A stretch of 64,000 bases of DNA from Chrysomallon squamiferum. Lineage: Eukaryota > Animalia > Mollusca. Shown here one piece after another: positions 12,531-26,937 of the stretch. The position numbers and the translations under genes are program-made. The notes under the pieces were generated by a model that had not been told where the DNA came from, searched no databases, and worked only from the letters and a program-made list of their open reading frames with translations. The stretch lies in the NCBI GenBank assembly GCA_012295275.1, contig CM022669.1, positions 1 to 64,000 of the forward strand, written 5' to 3'. The first letter of the stretch is position 1; every line of letters starts with the position of its first letter.

Positions 12531-13003
12531 TTGTTGTTGATATTTTGCTCCTTTCTTTTCTAGCCAGTCTGGCGTTGACTCTTTTCTGATTTTATTTCGT
12601 TGTCATTCTCTCGTACACGCAGCAACTCGACTAAAAGGTGTTCGTCTGTCAGTCAGGAAGTATCGGGATCAGTTCTGACTGCTGCATTGTTTGCTCAGTA
12701 TCACGTTTCAGTCAAATGCTGCGCGCCTGTTATATCAAATGAAACTGCATCTAATTTCCTCTCTGGAACAGCGCAGATATAAAATATACCTTATAGATGA
12801 TGAGTAACTGCAATATTAATGTGGCAAATGATTCTCCTAATACCATTATAGAATCTCGTAATACTTTTAATAACCATTAACACAAAAATGTATTAGTCCG
12901 TCATTAAATAATGTCCATTCGTGTACATATTTGTTACTAATATTTTAAGTTTAAAACTATTTAATTTGGGTTTGGTTTGTAACACTATATGTAATATTGA
13001 TGA

Positions 13004-13009
13004 AATAAA
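13004..13009 (+). terminator. Candidate polyadenylation signal of cGLR-A
   Basis: AATAAA ~670 nt after the stop, followed by a GT/T-rich tract. Same at ~26162 in copy B. Confidence 0.35.
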
Positions 13010-13763
13010 GAGCTTGTTTGCTATTTTGTACTAAAGTTTTTGGAAGCGTGCTTACACCAAGCACGGAATCCAGTTCATATCATACAAGGTTTGCGTTAGT
13101 AACAGTCTGTCAAGTGAAACATTTCAGACAATTAATTCATTCACTAACTGTTTTTATATTTTAAAAGAATTAAAACGAATGCGAACTTTTTGTTTTGCAG
13201 TGCATGCTGGGATTAATTCACTTGTTTAGATACGAGTCGTTGTTATCAAATGTTTTGTTATGTGATAGTTTTCCTGTGACATTTCTCTGGAATCTATTTG
13301 ATTTCATCACCCTTAGACGTACTGCTTACACGATAGTGCTTGAACTAGCTGATATGTATTTTGACATTAATTTTATTTTAATTTTATAACTTTTTTTTTT
13401 TTTTTTTTCTCAATATTTTCCTATTTACCCCTTATGACCGATTAAGGATTTGATGTCCAGTAAATCTACAAGTAAACTCTCACAAATGCTTTATTTCTAT
13501 GGTCAGATATTACATAATGTAACTAACATCTTCAGTTAATTAGTGTGATGTGATAAGTATAGTGATGTATGTAAATGTATGTCGGACTGAACGTAGTAGA
13601 AAATGCTTGTTCTCGAGGGGGGGGGGCATGTTGCATGGTTGCTGTGGGACCATTCTTACCTCCTAAGACAACTAATTTGCTTACTGGCTTTGAACAATAC
13701 GCAACAGTATTGTAAACAATGTATTTTAGGGCAGGGCCAATAGGGTCATCTTGAAAAGACTTC

Positions 13764-13785
13764 GGGAATTTCCGACGGGTTTTCC
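13764..13785. promoter_or_regulatory. Paired NF-kB-type sites GGGAATTTCC and GGGTTTTCC
   Basis: Consensus GGGRNWYYCC match plus an adjacent Relish/Rel-like 9-mer. Duplicate of 26916-26937. Confidence 0.45.
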
Positions 13786-16700
13786 TAGGTCGTCACTGTT
13801 CACGAACTCCACCGACAGCACGCGATGCACTTAGCATTAATATCATGCTCGTGTTACACACCTATTGAAAAAGCTTTTAAAATTAGGTAATAATGGGTTT
13901 TCTTCGTAGGTATGTGACAAAATATTTAAAACATCATTTTCCTACAAAATTATATATCATCAGAAAGAGCAAAAAATATAAAATAAAATTAAAATAATAC
14001 CAAGATATCTTTGATATCACTGATAGTTTGAACAATTTTTTTTTTTTTTTTTTTCAGAATCTGTTGTGAAACAGTGATTCATATCAGTCAATTGGCAACA
14101 TAAACACTGAATATCTCATACAGTTTCAAACCAGCTGTCATGGGGATTGCCCATAGCTGCAAGTATATCTGTCTCAGGCAGGTTGCTACCCGAGTTAGCT
14201 TGGCTTTTAGTTATCATTCGGCATAAATGTTCTCATATGATGAAATATAATGTTGAAATAATTATATTAGGTATTTGACAAAAGCATTTACAGTTTTCAT
14301 TTTATTTGTTTTGTGGTTGTTATTTTCTAAAGAGTTGTTGTTCTTATTAATAACACTATTATTATTTAATTTCTTTTTCTTTTCATTTTTATGTTGCTTA
14401 TAGTAATGAAATTTGGTAGATTTGTTGTTTATTTCTTTAAAGTAAATAAATAAAATAATAATGTTTAATCTAGTTTTAATAATTTTAAAATTTGTTGCTA
14501 CCCGAGTTATGCGATAGGGGTATCCGATATGGGGTCTGTGTATGCATAGATATAAACACCGTAGCACGTTTTCGTACACTAGAACACAACAAACACAAGA
14601 CACTTTTAAAACTGTATACGCGCTAGCTAGGAACAGTCAGTTCAGTAGTATAGAATAATACAGATGGATAGAAATATTTTAATATTGTAACAACAGTTAC
14701 ATCAGGGTTAATACAACCAGAAGAGCAAATATTTATATATGTAACAAGTTACCCAGTGCGTCAAGTGACCGTTATTTCCACAGTTTTGAATTTTTATGAA
14801 TTTTTATTAATTAATTAATTGCACAAATTAGCTCAAATGTACCTTAAGCCGTAATTTAGTAATTCTTAGAAAAGATTAATGAATTGCACAAGCCTTTACA
14901 TTTTTCAAGCATTTTGCTAACATTCATTTTTTAATTATTTTTATATTATTTTTGTATCATTTACCATTAATTTGCTTTACGAGTTCATTATAGTATATAG
15001 ATGAAATAAATTCACAAAAAATGTAACTTGCTAAGAATTGTCTGCATAATCAATATCTTTATCAGAAAGAAAATATGACCTAAAACAGAAATATTATGCC
15101 ACATAATTACTAAATCAAACAACACAGACGAAAAATCTAACTTTTCAGACACCGACAGCGACAACAATCACAACAGCCGGGTCATCGGCTGAGAACAGCA
15201 GACATTTTGGTATTCAAAATTAAGAACCTGCTACCCTAAAGATTTGTATGAAATTTAACAGACCATCAGAGAAAGATATAATTTGTAACTTGTATATAAT
15301 TTAACGCTCCGAGTAAGCTTATGGACGATCATTTGTCTGTAGAATATCTGTTGTTTATCAAAGATTACATTACAGATTACAAAACAAAGATGAAACTGAA
15401 TATATAAAAGTAATGACGAAGCAAAAACGTGACACAAAAGTCGTGCGAGCTTCCGCTTCCCCTCAGTGAGGGCTTTGTGACTTCGGTTAACATCGAGAGG
15501 TGAAGGTTTCGATCAAAGAGTGCGATTTGTTAGTAACACGGCCAATGCGGAGTATAAAATTTCCAGATATTTCTGTAAATCGAAAGATGATAGCCATCAA
15601 CTAACAAAGATTATTTATCCAAATGTCCGACTGAGCTGTTCTCCACTAGAGCTCGGCCTAGGACGTTAGTTTCGCTGAATCTCCTCAGTTGAGAGCAGAC
15701 GTTACTTTGACCTACATAGAGATCATCGATTATTTCCAATACGACGGAATATAACACAGGTAACGTCACAATGTGGATTTTTATTTTATTTTATTTTATT
15801 TTATTATTATTATTTATTATTATTATTATTATTATTTTTGAATTTCTTTATTTCTTCTTTTCCCTCTTATTATTTTGCTTACTTTCCAGTTAAGCATAGT
15901 TCATTTCGAAGTTTTCTTATTAAATATGACACGTAACCGAAATATGCTGGTATAGTTATTGCTTTTTTTCTTTTGCTACGTTCTTCAGTTTTTATTCAAT
16001 TATTATTTATTTGTTTATTTATTTATTTTGATGTCAAGATTATGAATACATAATCTATAACTGCTGTTATTTAATCAACTATTAACATTTGATACAATTA
16101 TTTAGATAGTAAATAAAATTACTTTTCAGTGGGCTGTAACATATATGAATTATAAATAGACAGAAATGTATGAACATCCTCAGTGTTACCTAGTTTCTGT
16201 TTCCTTCTACCTTATTTTTACCTCACTCACTAAAAATGTGACAGTCCACGTACCTCGAACAACAAGTTCTTAGTGTTTGACTAAATGGCGGTTTACTCTG
16301 CAAGTTCACAATGTTTCTTTTTGAAACTTAAGAGTTACAGGTTTTTTTTTCTAACGTTGTGATAATGCTTTACGTAAAAATGTTGAAACACATGCACAAT
16401 CCCCCCAACAAGAAAACAACGAAACGGTAAACTGTTTATTATTTTAAAATAGTTATATTTTACTTGTATTTTTTTCATTCTTTCTTTCTTTAACTCTTTC
16501 ATTCTTTCTTTCTTCTGCTCTTTTTATTTGATATGTTTTTAAATCAGTCCCATTTGGCTATTTCCCACTCCAGCCCGTGCTCCATGACGTGATAAACAAA
16601 GACTGGTTTGTGTTTTCCTGAAACTTCACGTAAAACCGCCTTCATTTTATCAAAAGCCTCGCACAAGTCGTCAGCGAGTTTGATCTGTCTTTACTACAGA

Positions 16701-17692
16701 ATGTATCACCCATATAACATTTAAAATATTTTATGTTCTCCGTTAAAGAAAACATTTCTTCTGTCTATCCTAGTCAGTACAGAACAACTGGATTATCGAA
16801 GACAATATTTTCCTGTGTGTGGGTAGGTGCAGATATGAAACAACTTCCTACTACTTCATAGCGGTAGAGTACAGCAGTGATTGTCTGTTTCATATAATGG
16901 TAATACAAAAGCATTATATGTAATCATGTTAATATTAAAATCTATTCTCAGTCATTAAATACTAATTATTAAGACATATCTTATTACAGAAATGTAAATC
17001 TAGGTTTGGACATAAAGACTACAAAATCTTTGAATAATTACAACTTTCAAGATCATCTTTTGGCAGTTTTATATTACTAGAGTTAAGTGTTTCCCATATC
17101 CAAATATTTCAACATTTGTTTGCTTGAATTATGGACTATACTCGAGAAGAAAGGAAAAATATAGGAAATATTCATTAATTATTATATAAACATTTCTTTT
17201 AAAAAATCATTGAAGATAAACTAGTGTATTATTATAGAGCAACAGCTTAATAATAATAAACAACAATATCAAGTTCATATCATACAAGGTCTGTGTTATG
17301 TGAAATATTTCAGAAAATCAGTTCATTCACTTTTAAATTTTATTTTAGAAGAATTAAAACGAATGCAATTTTTTATTCTGGTCCGCGTGCTGGGCTAAAT
17401 TCACTTGTTTAGATACGAGTCGTTGTTATCAAATGTTTTCTTATGTGCTTGTTTTTCTATGAGGTGAAACATTATTTTTTTCTTGCTGGTATTCTGTAAA
17501 ATGAGCCTATTGTCAAAAGACACGCATGAATGATTTTTAATGATCCTCAGTACAATAATATCAGGTCATGTTAACCATTTATACACTTACTTTAAAGGCA
17601 ACACGTATCGTAGTACAAATCTTTTATCTGTCTTACTTGATGTTTTTCTCTCGGCTTCTCTCTCCAGCTTTTTAAACCAAAAATATTCAACA

Positions 17693-17940
<248 letters not shown>

Positions 17941-20207
17941 TTTATTTATTACTTGTCTGAAGACAAATTACTGCTATCAACGACTTAATTTGGAAGAAGA
18001 AATTCGGCTAAAGTGGATTTTATCTGTTAACCATTAGAAGATCATGTTTAATACGTAATAAATGCTAGGTAGTTTTTTCACATGATTGATTTTGTTGTTA
18101 TTTTCTACTCAAATCTCTTTTTTTTTTTTTTTTTTTTTTTTTTTATTTGAAGTTACTTTTTATAATAATAATATTAATAATAATTTCTATAAATAAGGAG
18201 GTTTTGAAACTTGTCCAGGTTATAATAATGAAAAAGCAAAAAAAAAAAAAAAAAAAAAGAAGAAAAGATGTTTAATGTAAACAAACTTTTTCAGATTTAG
18301 TTTCTTTTTTCTTTTGTATCGAAAATAATTGTTTTTAGAATGTTGATGGTTTTCCTAGCCCGCCACGCATATGATATATTAACGCTTTGTTAAAAATTAA
18401 CGCTTATTTTAAATATTATCCTAACGCTCATACAAATGTTCACTATTTATTTTTTTCAAATAAAGGTTATTTTACATTTTATGTGAACACTGATTGCTCA
18501 TTTTTGGGAATCAAAGTATTTTTAATTTTATCCTTAGACTCAATGTTAAGTTTCTTAAGTAGAAGCTAGTTATTTTTATCCTAACAATCACCATTAACTT
18601 TCCCAAGAAAAATACAACGTATTTAAAATATTACACTACATGCATCAAACATTTTTTACCAAATTATTATTTTTTTAAACAATAGCAATTTCAGGTTTAT
18701 TCGAGCACTAAATCTAATCCTAACCCAAACATTATGCTCAAACATAACCGTAATGCTATCCTTAAATCTAACCGAACTTTTCAGACACCGACAGCAACAA
18801 CAACCACAACAGCCGCGTCGTTGGCTGAGAACAGCAGACATTTCGTATCTAAATTAAGAACCTGCTACCCTAAAGATTTGCATGTAATTTAGCAGAATAT
18901 GACAGAAGTGTATAATTTGTTACTTGTATACGATTCAAAGATCCGCATAAGCTTATGGACGATTATTTGTCTGTAGAATATCTGTTTTTTTTATCAATAA
19001 TCTCATCATAAAAAAAAAAAAAAAAAACGAGCACAAAGATGAAACTGAATATAGAAAAATAATGCGTAAGCAAAAACGTGTATTTCTGTAAATCGAAAGA
19101 TGCTTGTCATCGAGTGACAGAGGATATTCATCCAAACGTCAGTCTGTGGTGTTCTCCGTCACGGCTCGGTTTAGCCAAAATATGCTCGTATGCTTATTCC
19201 TTTCCTTTTTCTACGTTCTTTACTTTGTTATTTATTTATTTATTTTTTAAGAGTATGTGGACGAATCGTCATGACACTTATGTGAACACAGTGAATACAT
19301 AATTTATAACTGTGCTGTCATTTAATCAACTGTTAACATTCGATACAATGATTTAGTTAGGAAATAAAATTATTGTACGATCACTGCAATGTATACGAAT
19401 TAGAAATCGATAGAAATGTATGTCATCAGTCTTATTTTTACCTCACTCACTAAAAATGTGACAGTCCGCGTACCTCGAACAACAAGTTCTTAGTGTTTGA
19501 CTAAATGGCGGTTTACTCTGCAAGTTCACAATGTTTCTATTTGAAACGTACAATTACAGGTTATTTTATTTTTCTAATGCAGTCATAATGTCTTTAGAAT
19601 GAAATCTCCTTTGATAATATTAAATGATAATATTAAAACCTTATATGTAATCATGCTAGTATTAAAATCTATTCTCACTCATTATATATTTATTAAGTTA
19701 TATCTTATCACAGAAATATATTTCTGGGTTTGGAGGCAAAGACTACAACAACTTTGACTATTACGACTTTCACGTTGCTGGAAATCATCTTTTGACAGTT
19801 TTATATTACTAAAGGCAAGTGTTTCCTATATCCAAATACTACAGCATTTTTACTGCTTGAATTATTGAGTATACACGAGAACAAAACATTTGTAACACAC
19901 ATTGATTAATATTTATTCATTCATAATTATTATATAGACTTTTTTTGAGAAATCATTCTAAACAGATTACTGTATTGCATTACAACAATAGCAGCAGCAA
20001 CGACGACACGAACAATAAGAAAAGTAAACAAAGAACAAGAAGTTTTTCAATCCATTCACATATTAGCTGCTATTTATTTAGTGTTAGTAGTATTTTTTTT
20101 TTTTTTTAAATCATGTTCTGTTTCTTTCCTTTTTCCTTTTTCTAATTAAATTAATTTTAATTTTTACATCGTACACAATCTGGACTTGTGCTTAGCGTAA
20201 GTTTTTA

Positions 20208-20266
<59 letters not shown>

Positions 20267-20272
20267 TAATGA

Positions 20273-20303
<31 letters not shown>

Positions 20304-21630
20304 TGTAGTAGTTGTAGTAATAATGCCATGAAATGGTTATTTTTACAAATGTAGAACGGTTATACCTCTATTAAATAAAATATGAAGTCGTCGAAATAAC
20401 GCGAAAACTGGTGACACATTTTCCCGGAATTTCACAATGATTCACGCCCACCTATCTGTTTGATGTAATGGATTACGAATAGGAAACATGAATGGAAATT
20501 AAATAGCAGTGTAATATCCGGGTTTTATAATTTCAAAACAAAATAACAATCAACGAAGAAAATTATTAGGCATTTGCAATAAATAAATAAATTAATTAAT
20601 TAATTAGTTAAGTAAAAATAAAATAAAATAAAATAAATAAATAAATAAATAAAATTAAAGAAAGAAACAAATCAAGAAATAAAAACAAACAAACAAACAA
20701 ATGAATGAATGAATAAATAATGAAATAAAAGAGAAAGCATTTACTATTATGCTTATCCCACATCGCGTTTGGACATCAAATGTTTTTTATGAGTCATGTT
20801 TCGAAAATAAACACTTCTCGTGTTACTGCTTATTGCTTGTAAATTACACTTTCCTGTTAAACGGCTTAAAAGATAAAAAGATTTTAAGTAATTATAAGTA
20901 TTCAGTTAATCTACATTTCCCCTGAAACACCCATTATCAGAAAATACGGAAGAAAAAATAAATCTGAAAAATTCCTTTTACTTTTGAAAAACAAACTATT
21001 TTGGTAATCGCAAATCATTATAAATTGCTGGTCATAATTTTTATTTTTATTTATTAATAATTCTTTTTTGATTTTTACTTTGCCTTCTTAAAAAATGTAT
21101 ATTCATGTACATGTAGTCGCTTTTTATATTTTGTTAAATTTAAAAGAAAAACTAAAGAAAAACATACAGATTTCGCAATATGAATTCGCGCTAAAAAAAA
21201 ATTAAAAATATTATTTGGAACCTTACCGCTTGTAGATTGCAGTCAATACAAAAAGATGAAAATCTTATATATTCCAGTAAAATAATTATTTTCAAAAAAT
21301 GTGGCCTTAAATATTTTGTTAATGTCGATTATTTTTATAGTGTTCAGGAATGTTGTTTTTTGTTGTTGTTTTTTTTAATTATTATAACGTGGACGAGTTT
21401 CAAAACCTTTACATTTATAGATAATATTTTATTAAAGAGTTTTATTTTGAAAACAAATTTCAGGTATCTGATTTTATCAAGTCAAAGGTGATTGTGGGGA
21501 AAAAAAAGGTCACCATCCAAATCTGTAAATGTACGACGTTTCACCATCTCTTCAACCAGTCACGGATCTGAAAATACCAAACATTTGATAAAAAAATATA
21601 GCCAAAAAAACTCCCCCAAAAAACAAAAAC

Positions 21631-24604
21631 ATGGAACATAGTACAGGTTCTATGGAGTGTGAGAAAGAATCTGAAACATCAGAAGGAAATCGTGCAGCTA
21701 CTGGTGATGAAACATCTTCTTCTTCATCTGGTGCAAGACCTAAAACAAATACTGAAGAAACACCAAAGTCTTCTAAACAGTATAAGAAAGAATCTGAAAC
21801 ACCAGAAGTAAATCCTGCAGCTACTGGTGATGAAACACCTTCTTCTTCATCTGGTGCAAGACCTAAAACAAATACTGAAGAAACACCAAAGTCTTCTAAA
21901 CAGTATAAGAAAGAATCTGAAACACCAGAAGTAAATCCTGCAGCTACTGGTGATGAAACACCTTCTTCTTCATCTGGTGCAAGACCTAAAACAAATACTG
22001 AAGAAACACCAAAGTATTCTAAACAGTATAAGAAAGAACCTGAAACACCAGAAGTAAATCCTGCAGCTACTGGTGATGAAACACCTTCTTCTTCATCTGG
22101 TGCAATACCTAAAACAAATACTGAAGAAACACCAAAGTCTTCTAAACAGTATAAGAAAGAATCTGAAACACCAGAAGTAAATCCTGCAGCTACTGGTGCA
22201 AGACCTAAAATAAAGTCGACTCCTAAAATAAAGGGAGATCGGATTCGCAAGTTTGATGAGTTTATTGAGAAGTTCAGTCTACAATCAGTATCCAGAGGAG
22301 AAATAAATAAGTGTTTTGATGATGATGTTCGTCTTAGAAAACGAGACATTAGTAAAGCTTCGTCTAAATTTAATGATTTTAAGATTCAAATAAAAGATAC
22401 ATTAAAGGAAAGCACAGACATTAATTGGGAATATTTTAACGACGGCTCATACTATGATGGAACAAAGGTTAGTACGGCTGTTGTTTCATAACTTGTAAAA
22501 GTCGGAAACTTTCTGAACCATTAAACTTCACTTCTAATTGTATAAATTTTAGGTAAAAAACATATTTAGAAATAGACTGACCATTATTTTTATTTATTTA
22601 TTTATTTATTTATTTAGTTATTTATTTTTGTGTTCCTCTTTTTTATTTTTATTTTTCTTCTTAATAATAATATTGTTATTATTGTTGTTTTTGTTATTGT
22701 TATTCTTAATTTTCTTTTGCCTCAAGAAATCGTACTGATGGAAAAATGAAATCCATTTTCTTTAGGTCAGTGCAAATGATTTGCTTCAGAAAGATGAACT
22801 AAAAATGTAGCTATATCTATTTTAAAGAACTGCTTCCAAACAATCATCCCTGTATAAACCACATGGAGAAAATAAATAGTTAATTATATATTATTTTATT
22901 TTGCAGGTCAAGTCTGCCGATGAAAGTGACTGTTTGTTAATCCCCAAAAACATAGAAATCGTTGATGTAGAATATCCAGGTGAGCATTATGGCTACTGTT
23001 TCATCATCCCTGACAAAGACAAGCTGCCTAAAGGTGTAGACCTTTTAGACGGAAATTATTTGAGTGCAGTGAAATTTCGGGAATATGTTTTTCAGCATTT
23101 GCAAATGGTTCTGCCAGAGTCTGCAGAGTGGAAACGTAAGCAGTTTCACCTAAAATTTATTGTTTCTTCTGTCTGTCTGTCTGATCGTCTGTCTTTATTG
23201 CTTCCTGATGTTTGAATTCATATTTTTATGTACATAAAACTAAGTACAATCACATATACATAACATTTATTTTATTTTACTTTCTGTAAATGTGCATTTG
23301 TCGTCCTGTTTTGTATTACAGATTTATTGCTTGTCTGATCTATTAGTTTGTGTTGTATACGATAATTTCCGAAATCTTATTATTAGTTATGCATTAGGCC
23401 AGTGCGACATTCACGAGCGCAAGTAATCGTGACGTTGAGGAAATTATGCTAATTAAAACAAATAACTCTTTCAAAATTCTCCTACCAACTAATGTGAACT
23501 GAAACATTAAAACATAATCTGCTGATGACTGAAACTGATACGAATTTAGGTCACTGGAATGCAACCATTAATTTTGTGTAGATGTATCTCTACAGCTGAA
23601 CCTTTGCTGTCACGTATCAGTAACAGACAGTTTGACATCAGACAGTCCTGTTTGACGATTATTCAACTGACTGTGGATTGGGAAACTATTTCAAATGCAG
23701 CAGATTTCTACTAATATTTACCTGATTGTTTTAACTCTAATTTCAAGCTTATAATTAATCATTTAGTTTTATTTTATTTATTTACTGTGATTGTTTTTTT
23801 AATTTTTGTAGCTGTTGTCACATCTTCTTCTTCTTAAAATTGTCTTTGGCTGAACGTACATCACGTTTGTTTTGTTGCTTTTAAAAATACTTTTCATGAT
23901 TGTTTTAATATCCTTTTCTTTTTTCATTTTTATTTGTTTTCCGTTTCTATTAATATGTTCAATACAGGAAAAGATGATGGATCCCCTACTTGGACCATGA
24001 GTTACAGGGATCCTATAAAAGGGGAAAATTTTGATCTGGATATTGTGCCTGCTCTAGCAGTACCGAAATGGCCGGATCATGCGAACTCTTTAGACAGACT
24101 CGAGAAAGAAAAATCTAAAAAGATAAAAAAGAAAGGTTTCCATGCTCTTCCCACAATCAGTTCGGGTAAATTTTCACATACGGAAAACTTATTCTGTTAT
24201 AATTAAGTGACCTGATTAAGTGTATCTTTCCTCAAGAAAAAATATTTAAGTTTTTGATATTGTATTGTAAGTCTGATCTGCGTTTTTATTTTTTTTTATG
24301 TTGTTTTTTTCCTACAATTTTCGGATACGTAGGAATTTCATTTCATGATATCACAAAATGAGGATCAATGAATAATGCGTCATTTTCAGTTTTGAGCATT
24401 GTTTCTTTTTTTTCTTGTCGTCTTGTAACGTCACAGACATAAAATGACGTAATTTCTAATATACAGTATAAAGGTGTTTTGTAGAACGTGGAAGCAAATT
24501 AGAGAACTAGATTCCAAGATCTACATAAATAAAATTATATTACACTGTTATTGTTTTCCGTCGGAAAATATTTTGAAGATTATCATAGGATGATGATGAT
24601 GATG

Positions 24605-24694
<90 letters not shown>

Positions 24695-25462
24695 AATAAA
24701 CAAATTTCCTGGGACTTGAATTTTATTTGTTTCTTTGTTTATTTATTTATTTATTTTATTTTGTTTTCAAATTCAGTTTGACTTCCATTTTCAGATGACC
24801 GCTTGTGGTGGATGTCGTTTTGTCAGGCTGAGACAATGTTACTGATATATGCAGATAAAACAAAGGAAATAAAACCTTGCAGAACAGAGGTAATGCATAT
24901 CTTGAAGAGAATCCTGGAAAACACAAAAACAAGATCATCAGTAACAGCCGCAGAAATCACAACAGAAAAAATGTCATCACACACAGTCATAAAAACAAAT
25001 TCATCAGACACAGTCACAGAAATTACAACAGAAAAGACAACAGTCATAAAGATCATAAAAACAAACTCATTAGACACAGTCCCAAAGGAAAACAGAGTCA
25101 TGGAGAAATTACAAGAAGCGGCTGACCATATTCGAGAAAAGTTTGACGAATTTGGAATTAACTTCAAAGTGATGATGTTTTCAACGCATCTTTTGCGTAT
25201 GTTCATGTGGACGTTGATGTGGACGTTGTTTCATAAAACGTACCCTGATCGTCCTGACTGGCAGACTACGTCTAAGTCAAACAGTCTGTGCAGGGCACTG
25301 ACTGAGGTTCAGAAGTGGATGAAAGGCGAAGAGAAAATAAATCACTTCTTCTTGCCTGATCTCCGACTGATGGAGAGTGTGTCTACAGAAGAAAGAGAAT
25401 TTATCTATCTCATCGCTGGCATTGCACTCAAACTGTTCAAAAGAGTAGACGAAGAAAACTAA
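21631..25462 (+). CDS. cGAS-like receptor (cGLR) copy B; join(21631..22467,22907..23135,23968..24165,24795..25462), 643 aa, apparently intact
   Basis: The spliced length of 1932 nt is an open frame from ATG to TAA. Motifs: GSYYDGTKVKSADESD, GSPTWT..FDLDIVPAL..WP, LWWMSFCQAE, CRTEVMHILK, INHFFLPDLRLM. GT-AG introns. Confidence 0.9.
21664..22209 (+). repeat. 123-bp (41-aa) coding tandem repeat, 4 full units plus a partial
   Basis: Same unit as copy A, one unit fewer. Confidence 0.95.
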
Positions 25463-25512
25463 CTTTGTTGATGTTTGATTCCTCATTGTTATGACTGATG
25501 ATTATTATTATG

Positions 25513-25544
<32 letters not shown>

Positions 25545-26915
25545 CATTATGATTATTGTTATTATTGTTATTATTATTATTCTTATTCTTCTTATTATTA
25601 TTATTGTTATTGTTATTGTTATTGTTATTGTTATTATTATTATTATTATTATTGTTATTGTTATTATTACTATTATAACAATTACTATTTGTTGTTGATA
25701 TTTTGCTCCTTTCTTTTCTAGCCAGTCTGGCGTTGACTCTTTTCTGATTTTATTTCGTTGTCATTCTCTCGTACACGCAGCAACTCGACTAAAAGGTGTT
25801 CGTCTGTCAGTCAGGAAGTATCGGGATCAGTTCTGACTGCTGCATTGTTTGCTCAGTATCACGTTTCAGTCAAATGCTGCGCGCCTGTTATATCAAATGA
25901 AGCTGCATCTAATTTCCTCTCTGGAACAGCGCAGATATAAAATATACCTTATAGATGATGAGTAACTGCAATATTAATGTGGCAAATGATTCTCCTAATA
26001 CCATTATAGAATCTCGTAATACTTTTAATAACCATTAACACAAAAATGTATTAGTCCGTCATTAAATAATGTCCATTCGTGTACATATTTGTTACTAATA
26101 TTTTAAGTTTAAAACTATTTAATTTGGGTTTGGTTTGTAACACTATATGTAATATTGATGAAATAAAGAGCTTGTTTGCTATTTTGTACTAAAGTTTTTG
26201 GAAGCGTGCTTACACCAAGCACGGAATCCAGTTCATATCATACAAGGTTTGCGTTAGTAACAGTCTGTCAAGTGAAACATTTCAGACAATTAATTCATTC
26301 ACTAACTGTTTTTATATTTTAAAAGAATTAAAACGAATGCGAACTTTTTGTTTTGCAGTGCATGCTGGGATTAATTCACTTGTTTAGATACGAGTCGTTG
26401 TTATCAAATGTTTTGTTATGTGATAGTTTTCTTGTGACATTTCTCTGGAATCTATTTGATTTCATCACCCTTAGACGTACTGCTTACACGATAGTGCTTG
26501 AACTAGCTGATATGTATTTTGACATTAATTTTATTTTAATTTTATAACTTTTTTTTTTTTTTTTTCTCAATATTTTCCTGTTTACCCCTTATGACCGATT
26601 AAGGATTTGATGTCCAGTAAATCTACAAGTAAACTCTCACAAATGCTTTATTTCTATGGTCAGATATTACATAATGTAACTAACATCTTCAGTTAATTAG
26701 TGTGATGTGATAAGTATAGTGATGTATGTAAATGTATGTCGGACTGAACGTAGTAGAAAATGCTTGTTCTCGAGGGGGGGGGGCATGTTGCATGGTTGCT
26801 GTGGGGCCATTCTTACCTCCTAAAACAACTGATTTGCTTACTGGCTTTGAACAATACGCCACAGTATTGTAAACAATGCAGTGCGGTGCCAATAGGGTCA
26901 TCTTGAAAAGACTTC

Positions 26916-26937
26916 GGGAATTTCCGACGGGTTTTCC
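26916..26937. promoter_or_regulatory. Paired NF-kB-type sites ~1.2 kb upstream of TNF-1
   Basis: GGGAATTTCC at 26916-26925 and GGGTTTTCC at 26929-26937. A further kB-like GGGGATTGCCC at 27293-27303. Confidence 0.5.

Larger units (their letters stand above)
1571..14496 (+). repeat. Segmental duplication unit A (~13 kb, cGLR unit)
   Basis: Non-coding sequence is near-identical by eye to 14515-27646 and 50285-61210. The same spurious ORFs recur (e.g. 2319/15255/51034 and 5262/18387/54226/63780). Confidence 0.93.
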
